This document shows, one piece after another, positions 41,065-47,625 of a DNA stretch of 64,000 nucleotides. The notes beneath the pieces are model-generated. The model saw nothing but the letters and a program-made list of their open reading frames with translations. It was not told the DNA's origin and searched no databases. The position numbers and the translations under genes are program-made. The stretch's first letter is position 1, and each line of letters begins with the position of its first letter. Source of the DNA: Alphaproteobacteria bacterium UBA1002 (GTDB lineage Bacteria > Pseudomonadota > Alphaproteobacteria > Rickettsiales > UBA998); NCBI GenBank assembly GCA_002291845.1, contig DBAU01000110.1, positions 24,030-88,029 of the forward strand, read 5' to 3'.

Positions 41065-44000
41065 TTACTGGCAACCTGATGCATCAAAATTAGCGCCATA
41101 GCCTGCGTCAAGATAATAGTTGCCGCAGCTACCCTCAACGCCTCCTTGCGGATTGAGGGTGTTGAGGTTATTCGCCACTTCTCCTCCGGCAGCCGGGCTC
41201 AGGCCCGCCAATCCTTCCGGCGAAGTAATACCTTCTGTCGGCTGCCCGCTCCCGTTGGAAGACGTCCCACTGGAGCTCGCCCATGCGTATCGGGCGCGCT
41301 TCGCATCCGAACCGCCGGTCAAACGCGGACGGACTAACGCTTTATTTTGGTTTGCCCCCCCCGCCGCCGGGCTGAGGTTAGCCAGTGCCGCAGCATCTAC
41401 ACCCGTGGGTACCGTCACGCGCCCTGGCGTCAGCAAGCTGAGATTTACCTCAGTATTGCCGAAATAATATTGATCACCGGCGGTCTCACCAAAGAAGGAG
41501 TAGAGATTGCGCGCAAAGCTGGAGAGACGATTGAGCTCAATTTCCTCCAGTAAATCGCTTACCAAAGGCACAGAAGGCGCTGCAGGAGGCGTTACGGACG
41601 GCGTCTCTGGAGGAGAGACCGGCGGCACCGGACCTCCTGGATCATTCACAATGAGAAGGCTAGCGATGTTTCCGGCCACATTCTGTGTGCTGGTAAAACG
41701 CCCCTGACGGGAGGCCAGATTTGCCACCGCGAGCGGATTCGCCCCATTATAGGTAATGTTCGCTGCACTGTTGCTGCTGGTTCCAAGAGCCACGATCTCC
41801 AGCGTCGCGTTGGCCACACCGACAACCGGATCACCCTCTTGGGTGGACGTGGAGCTTTGCGCCCGAGAAACCGTATCACCAAGCGCGACGCGGCCATTGG
41901 GTGCACCCATAAAGAGGTACGCACTCGCATCGGTACCTCCCATGGATTCCACCAGTACATTCCCCAGCGTTAGGTCATTTCCTGCATCAAAAAATGCTTC
42001 GGCGAAGGTGGTGCCACTGTCGCCGGGAGCCGAACTGCGTAACCCGCCTCGAGCAAGAACCTCCACATTCCCGGTAACCGTAAGATCACCGCCCGCCGCA
42101 ACATTGAGCGTCACTTCACCACGGCGCGTCGCATCCTGACGATCCTCGCCTCGCAGCAGAATATCGCCATTGATGAGAACTTGATCATCCGCGTTGATGC
42201 TGATGGCCATCAAATCCACCGACCCAGCCTGTGGGCCATCTTCTCCAATCAGCGTAATCGGACCTGTGGTGACATCCTCATCGGAGACAAGGGTAATGCG
42301 TGTGGTGCCAAAGGTTCCCGCACTGCTGATTGCACCCGTAGAAATCGAGCCGTTCTGGGTTGACGTCAGTGTTATATTGCCTGCCTCAAACGCCCCGTTC
42401 ACTTGGTTCAGGACATCGTTAGCCACCAACAGCGCGTCGCCGGTTGTCAGGCTGCCCAGCGAGATACCGCCGCTCCCCGCGCGCACATCAAGGTTAGCAA
42501 GGAAGGCTTGGATTCCTCCGAGCGCGGTAACAGATTTTCCACCATTGATATTCAGACTACGTGAGGACTGGATCGCCGTGGGGGTTCCCGTCAATACAAT
42601 GGCGTCCTCAGGCGCTGTCACCCTTACTGCGCCGTTTATCAGCACATCGGTGGTTGCACGGATCGCCGTGCTGAGATTGGTAATCGGCACCAATATGCTA
42701 TTGGCCGTCATGGTAATCGTGCCAAGCGAATCACCCACCCCAGAAACCGTTTTCTGGGCCAGTGAGAGGACATCATCTCGGGTGATCAACTGGTTTGTCG
42801 CCGTAAGGGTCACTTCAGACAACGCATCGTGGCCACCCCTGGCATTTGCCTGTACCGCACTGAGGTTAACATTCGTACCGCTGACGCTAATGATGGCTTC
42901 TGAAGAACCAAGACTGAACGGCGTCAGCAAACCACCTTGTGCATTGGCGGTCACTTGGCTATTGGCCGTGACATCACCGGTGGTTGAGATGAGGGAAATA
43001 AATGCACTGGCAATGCGGTTGGCATCCTGCAGATCCCGGGAACGGGCAACAACATTCCCCGTAATGGAAATATCATCTTCCGCCAGCACATCTATCGTGG
43101 CACGTCCAGCAGAGCCTGGCTCGGGTCGGTCATCAATGCGGACACTGAGGGCGCGTGCCGTGAACGCACCGGAGGAATCAACGATAATACTTGAATCATC
43201 TCTTGTTCCACGAACCGTGAGGTTGCGCACGTCGATATTGCCGCCATTCGTAGTGGCCAGTCGGATGGTACCGGCAGCCACATCACCATTTGGCGCACCG
43301 AGAGCCGGATAAGCCCCGTTAATACCGGTTGCTATGCTGCCGATGTTTATGCCGCCAGCCCCTGCAGACAGGGTCACATCACCAGAGGTCGTGCGAATAG
43401 TATCACCTTTGGAAGCAAAGCGAATTTCACCGTTTGCGCCGAGCGTGCGCAAAGTGATATTTCCCGCACCGCCCTGCAGCACATTATCCGCCAGATTATC
43501 CATCCGTATCAGATCGGTGGCCTCTAACGTCACGTTGGAGCCCGCTTGAGACTGTGCTTCGATCCACTGCTCGGCAATGTTATTGACGAGTCCGTTGAAC
43601 CCACCATTGTTGATGATAATTTGTGCCGGGTCGATCACGATACTTCCCAAGCGACCGCCAAAATTATCGACACTAAGCGCCCCGGCCAGCAGGATGTCAG
43701 CACCGCTGAAATCAATTCGACCGGCTCTATATCCATCGGCGCTGATGGACGCATTACTGAGTAACGCCGCATCGCCCCCTTTGGCCAGCACCTGCACGCG
43801 ACCAGCCGTCCCTTTTAGTTTACTGGAGCTGTTGGCGCTCAGCCGTGTGTTACCAACTCCCCCACCAATGATGGCGTGACGATCAGCCGTCACACGAACC
43901 GTGCCAGCGGTTTGACCATTGGACTGGAGTGCCCCGCTTCCACGTACAACAACATCACGGCCTGTCACCTCTACGCGACCGCCCACCTGTTCGGCCGAAG

Positions 44001-44865
44001 CGCTGACACTGCCTTCCACCAGCACGAGACCGTTGGGCGTGGCGACCAAATCACCCGCATCAACAATCCCCTGCGTGTTAATAACCTGATTGACCACATT
44101 GCTTGCGGCTTGTGCTGTCAGATAAATTTGGCCACCGCGCGCTTGCACCTGACCCCCAACGCTCACCTGTGCGGCACTATTCTCATTGCTTACGGCAAAA
44201 TTCACCAGGCCGTCGCCCGTCAGATCAAGGGTCGCTTTCTCCGCCCCTGCCAGCAATACTTTGCCCTGGTTCGCGGAAATAATACCCTGATTGATCACCT
44301 GAGGCGCCACCAACGCCACCAACCCTTGCTCCTGCGCTGTGCTGACGATCTGGGCGCCGTTTTGAACTTCGATCCGCGCATTTTGCGCCCCCGCTGTGTT
44401 AAAACGCAGGCGATCATTGTTCATGAACTGATTGCTGTTAATGTTCGCCGTGGTTGCAATCAACCCCCCGACATCGATGCGTGCCTGTGGGCCAAACACC
44501 ATCCCATTGGGATTGCTGATGATCACGCGGCCATTGGCTTGAATCGCACCAAGAATCTGGGAAGGATTCGCATCCGCCACCACGCGGTTAAGCGTAATGG
44601 CACTGACGCTTGGCTGGTTAAAGCGCACGGTTTCGCCATTATTCACATTAAATTGATTCCAGTTGATGACGGCTTTAGCAGAGTCTTGTTGAATGGTGGT
44701 CACGCTGCCCACCGTGGAAATACCGGCCGTTCCATGGGTGACATCACCCCCGGTTGGAAGCGCATAGGCTATGGAAGGAAGAACCAACAACGCCGCGGTT
44801 AGCGCGCTTGAGCGAGTCAGGCGATATGCATGAAAACGGAAAGAATTCGCGGCTTGGCAGGTCAT
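41065..44865 (-). CDS. Two-partner-secretion exoprotein (TpsA, filamentous-haemagglutinin-like adhesin)
   Basis: Signal peptide, then a TPS domain (AKAVINWNQFNVNNGETVRFNQP and ISNPNGMVFG). A long G/A/N/T/V-rich beta-helix-like body follows, then a Pro-rich linker and a 165-aa tail. The ATG at 44865 behind AAGAGGA is preferred over the TTG at 44895. Confidence 0.85.
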   Translation of the reverse strand: MTCQAANSFRFHAYRLTRSSALTAALLVLPSIAYALPTGGDVTHGTAGISTVGSVTTIQQDSAKAVINWNQFNVNNGETVRFNQPSVSAITLNRVVADANPSQILGAIQANGRVIISNPNGMVFGPQARIDVGGLIATTANINSNQFMNNDRLRFNTAGAQNARIEVQNGAQIVSTAQEQGLVALVAPQVINQGIISANQGKVLLAGAEKATLDLTGDGLVNFAVSNENSAAQVSVGGQVQARGGQIYLTAQAASNVVNQVINTQGIVDAGDLVATPNGLVLVEGSVSASAEQVGGRVEVTGRDVVVRGSGALQSNGQTAGTVRVTADRHAIIGGGVGNTRLSANSSSKLKGTAGRVQVLAKGGDAALLSNASISADGYRAGRIDFSGADILLAGALSVDNFGGRLGSIVIDPAQIIINNGGFNGLVNNIAEQWIEAQSQAGSNVTLEATDLIRMDNLADNVLQGGAGNITLRTLGANGEIRFASKGDTIRTTSGDVTLSAGAGGINIGSIATGINGAYPALGAPNGDVAAGTIRLATTNGGNIDVRNLTVRGTRDDSSIIVDSSGAFTARALSVRIDDRPEPGSAGRATIDVLAEDDISITGNVVARSRDLQDANRIASAFISLISTTGDVTANSQVTANAQGGLLTPFSLGSSEAIISVSGTNVNLSAVQANARGGHDALSEVTLTATNQLITRDDVLSLAQKTVSGVGDSLGTITMTANSILVPITNLSTAIRATTDVLINGAVRVTAPEDAIVLTGTPTAIQSSRSLNINGGKSVTALGGIQAFLANLDVRAGSGGISLGSLTTGDALLVANDVLNQVNGAFEAGNITLTSTQNGSISTGAISSAGTFGTTRITLVSDEDVTTGPITLIGEDGPQAGSVDLMAISINADDQVLINGDILLRGEDRQDATRRGEVTLNVAAGGDLTVTGNVEVLARGGLRSSAPGDSGTTFAEAFFDAGNDLTLGNVLVESMGGTDASAYLFMGAPNGRVALGDTVSRAQSSTSTQEGDPVVGVANATLEIVALGTSSNSAANITYNGANPLAVANLASRQGRFTSTQNVAGNIASLLIVNDPGGPVPPVSPPETPSVTPPAAPSVPLVSDLLEEIELNRLSSFARNLYSFFGETAGDQYYFGNTEVNLSLLTPGRVTVPTGVDAAALANLSPAAGGANQNKALVRPRLTGGSDAKRARYAWASSSGTSSNGSGQPTEGITSPEGLAGLSPAAGGEVANNLNTLNPQGGVEGSCGNYYLDAGYGANFDASGCQ
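41182..41202 (-). other. LSPAAGG motif, copy 2 (candidate BTLCP/LapG-type cleavage site)
   Basis: ctg agc ccg gct gcc gga gga encodes LSPAAGG, residues 1232-1238 counted from the TTG start. Confidence 0.4.
41356..41376 (-). other. LSPAAGG motif, copy 1 (candidate BTLCP/LapG-type cleavage site)
   Basis: ctc agc ccg gcg gcg ggg ggg encodes LSPAAGG, residues 1174-1180. Its codons differ from copy 2. Confidence 0.4.
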
Positions 44866-45058
44866 GGAGTCCTCTTTGGAAGAAAGGGATGGCAAAAATG
44901 CCGTCCTTTAATAAACAAGGTGTCTGGGTACTATAAAAATGGATCAAATCCAAGTTTTATTTACCCAAAATTAACCATTTGTCCGAAGGAAAACGGAAAA
45001 AGCACGGGCTGCCTCACAGAAATCAAGAGACACCACACGAAAATAAAAGGCGCTAACT

Positions 45059-46768
45059 CTAGTAGATGTAGGTCAACGAGAAGAAGCCGCGAACATCATC
45101 GCCGTCAGTGCCTTCCGCGGAAACATCACGGGTGAGTGGTACCGCGATTTCCGCACTGCCCGCAATGTTCTCCGTGAGCGAGAAACGCAGACCCACGCCT
45201 GAAGAGGCAAGGGAGGCCTGACTATTTTCTCCCACCAGCGCATCACGGTTCCATACCTTACCCACATCATAAAAACCGTAGAGCTGGTAGATGTCCATGG
45301 ACCATTCCGGGAGGGCATCGCTGAAGCGCAATTCCACACGGCTGGCCAGACCGTGATCGCCCGTCAGCTCTGCGGGATCATAAGCGCTGCCAAAAGCGGG
45401 CCCGCCAAGAGCAAATTCTTCTGATGCAAACAATGGATCAAGCGCGTATTGACCGTTTAAACCGACATACAGAGAAAACGCCTGGCTCAATGGTTGCAGG
45501 CGGGTATACTGCCCGGTAAAGCGTGTGAATGTAGTGTCAGCATTGGAACGCGAGCGAAGATCTCCTGCGTCATTTGCCCCCGCCACGTCAAGGCCCTGCA
45601 CCGCCTCAAAATCTAACCGGTTGACCCCTTGCAGCCCATCAAGCACGTCATAGGCACCGCCGACATAGAGGCTACGGATATTGTCTTCAAACAGCTCAGT
45701 GTTCAGGACATCCGTGGTGGAATCACGATAGCGCAGGCCGAGATCGCCAAACAGATTTTCCTGCCGCGAGCGCAGGAAAGGATGACGAGCCGCCAGAACA
45801 AATGCCGCACTGTCACCCTCAATCTCTAATGCCTCGAGCGAGCCCCCCGGACGGGTTTCCGCATAGGAGAAGACCCCGCGCACGGTTGTCCCCTCAGAAC
45901 CCACAGGCTGCTGGTATGTGCTTTCAATAAAGCGCAGCTCATCAAAATTAGAGGCCGTTATGCCACGTACTTGAATGCGCTCAGAGAGTCCCAGCGCAGA
46001 GTTTGTCGCCACTAGACCCGTGGTCTGAAGGGGTCCAAGGAAACGGCTACCCCGGTTATCCACCGTGAGATTTGCATCAACTGGATTACGCTGCATACTA
46101 ACGGTCAAACGTGATGCACCCGGCGTATTCGGAGACGGGCTCAGCACACCACGCGCAGCCGCCCCAGTCAGATCATCAATGAGCAGCAGATAGCGCTCAA
46201 GCACTTGATTGCTCAGTGGACGTGCCTCGGTGATATGACGTGCATACGATTCCAGCAAAGCTTTATTCTGGCCCTCCGCGCCTTCAAAGGTGACTTCATC
46301 AATAAATCCTTCGACGATGCGAATGGTTACTGTACCATTCTCAATACGTTGCCCAGCGGGAAGGATCGCGCGGCTAAGAATATACCCCTGATTACGATAA
46401 TAGGCCGTTATCCGCTCAGCAATCGCGCGCAACCCTCCTAAGGTCACGGGCTTGCCGAGCTGTTCCGCATAGAGCGGAGCCAGCTGGTCATCCGAAATCG
46501 CTGTCGCACCTTCAATTACGACGCCGTTGAGCACAAAGCTTGCGCCCCCGTCATCAGTCGACAGTGCTCCCTCGCGCGGCTGAACCGGGACAACGCCTGT
46601 CGCGTCGAGCTCCGGGCGCTGATTTTCGCTCCGCAAACGTTGCTGTACCTGTCCGGGATCAACGGTCTGCGGTATCGAGGTCGGCGAAATAGATTGTGCA
46701 ACCACCGCCGCGGGCATGCACGTCGCCACAGAAAAAAATAATGCCGCGCGAAAAAAACCAGTACGCAT
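45059..46768 (-). CDS. TpsB outer-membrane transporter (ShlB/FhaC/HecB family)
   Basis: Signal peptide, POTRA region (FVLNGVVIEGATAISDDQL) and a beta-barrel ending in an aromatic residue (FFSLTYIY). Located upstream of tpsA. Confidence 0.9.
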   Translation of the reverse strand: MRTGFFRAALFFSVATCMPAAVVAQSISPTSIPQTVDPGQVQQRLRSENQRPELDATGVVPVQPREGALSTDDGGASFVLNGVVIEGATAISDDQLAPLYAEQLGKPVTLGGLRAIAERITAYYRNQGYILSRAILPAGQRIENGTVTIRIVEGFIDEVTFEGAEGQNKALLESYARHITEARPLSNQVLERYLLLIDDLTGAAARGVLSPSPNTPGASRLTVSMQRNPVDANLTVDNRGSRFLGPLQTTGLVATNSALGLSERIQVRGITASNFDELRFIESTYQQPVGSEGTTVRGVFSYAETRPGGSLEALEIEGDSAAFVLAARHPFLRSRQENLFGDLGLRYRDSTTDVLNTELFEDNIRSLYVGGAYDVLDGLQGVNRLDFEAVQGLDVAGANDAGDLRSRSNADTTFTRFTGQYTRLQPLSQAFSLYVGLNGQYALDPLFASEEFALGGPAFGSAYDPAELTGDHGLASRVELRFSDALPEWSMDIYQLYGFYDVGKVWNRDALVGENSQASLASSGVGLRFSLTENIAGSAEIAVPLTRDVSAEGTDGDDVRGFFSLTYIY

Positions 46769-46882
46769 AAAATCCCGATGGTAAAAGTAGGTTAAGCACC
46801 GAGTACTGACTGCACATTGCTTTGTAAAGAATTTTTAAGGTGATACGCCAGCTGCGGAGTGAGTTTACCGGCAGTGTTACCC

Positions 46883-47527
46883 TTAAGGCAGCAGATGACG
46901 CCACCAGTGATGCTCATTAATGGAATAGATGGGCTGGTAATGGTGAATCGCCCGGTCCGTCATGACCTGAGAAAACTGATTATCCAGAATGTAGGTCTCA
47001 TCCTCAATCCGCACGGCGAGGACCGAATGGAGCAAATTAAGGTTATTATCCTGCAACACGACGATACGCATCTGGTCAGGGGAAATACCAGATTGCTTCA
47101 ATGTCAGATACTTCGTGATGGCAAAATCCTCACAGTCACCACTATAGACAAAGAATTCATAGGGCGTCTCCCAATAATCATCCATCTGCCAGTTTTGCGG
47201 ATCCACAATGTAGGGCACACGGTTAATTTCACGGTTTACAAAAATAAGTTTCTGCAGGGGAGATAGGGTTTTCGCCTGATCGATAATGTGCTGCCACTGA
47301 CGATAGAGGCACTGGTCATCACGGCAGGATTTCTTCATTTTCCTGCGATGCGAAGCTTCACGCTGCAGCATGGTTGTCCATTTGGTAAACGGCGCGAGAT
47401 TGTCTGACTCTGACTCGTGCGAGCCAAAGAGCTGCATGGATAAGCTGGCGCTCGCCGAGACGGGATAGGCGCATAGAAGCAGCAGAGAAAGTAAAAAATA
47501 CTTTCCAAAAACCGCTCCCATTCGCAT
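46883..47527 (-). CDS. Periplasmic transglutaminase-like cysteine protease (BTLCP, LapG-like)
   Basis: Signal peptide FLLSLLLLCAYPVSASA. Cys-His-Asp triad context GDCEDFAITKY, HSVLAV and YILDNQ. The start is uncertain (47527, 47521 or the GTG at 47581). Confidence 0.8.
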   Translation of the reverse strand: MRMGAVFGKYFLLSLLLLCAYPVSASASLSMQLFGSHESESDNLAPFTKWTTMLQREASHRRKMKKSCRDDQCLYRQWQHIIDQAKTLSPLQKLIFVNREINRVPYIVDPQNWQMDDYWETPYEFFVYSGDCEDFAITKYLTLKQSGISPDQMRIVVLQDNNLNLLHSVLAVRIEDETYILDNQFSQVMTDRAIHHYQPIYSINEHHWWRHLLP

Positions 47528-47625
47528 CACACTCGACAGAGCGATCTTAGAATGTATGGTTGATTTTTTATGGTTTTTCACCCCTCAAGGGTGCAACAAC
47601 TAAGTTAAGAACGGGTAAATTCAGC
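47528..47625. promoter_or_regulatory. Divergent control region between the BTLCP-tpsBA operon and the receptor gene
   Basis: 98-bp AT-rich spacer. It contains the direct repeat TATGGTT (47555-47561 and 47569-47575) and a small palindrome caccc-N5-gggtg (47579-47593). Confidence 0.35.

Noticed and set aside
42194-44802. Long plus-strand ORFs (372 aa at 42194-43312, 308 aa at 43876-44802) inside the tpsA region.
   Set aside because: They are antisense to a confidently called TpsA gene. Their compositions (runs of S/P/R/A or H/R/C) are typical of antisense frames of GC-rich repetitive genes, and they have no recognisable motifs.
41065-44865. TpsA as a contact-dependent inhibition toxin (CdiA).
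   Set aside because: There is no VENN or comparable pre-toxin demarcation motif. The C-terminal tail is short and low-complexity. The downstream gene is a 258-271-aa SapC-family protein rather than a small immunity protein.
44887-44906. Hairpin ggatggca-aaaa-tgccgtcc just upstream of the tpsA Shine-Dalgarno sequence, considered as a possible attenuator.
   Set aside because: On the transcribed minus strand the central wobble pair becomes an A-C mismatch, leaving only 3+4 bp. That is too weak to call.
47605-47619. TTAA-N7-TAAA near-match to a CtrA box upstream of the receptor gene.
   Set aside because: It has one mismatch in the second half-site and ends only 7 nt before the start codon. That position is implausible for a promoter element.
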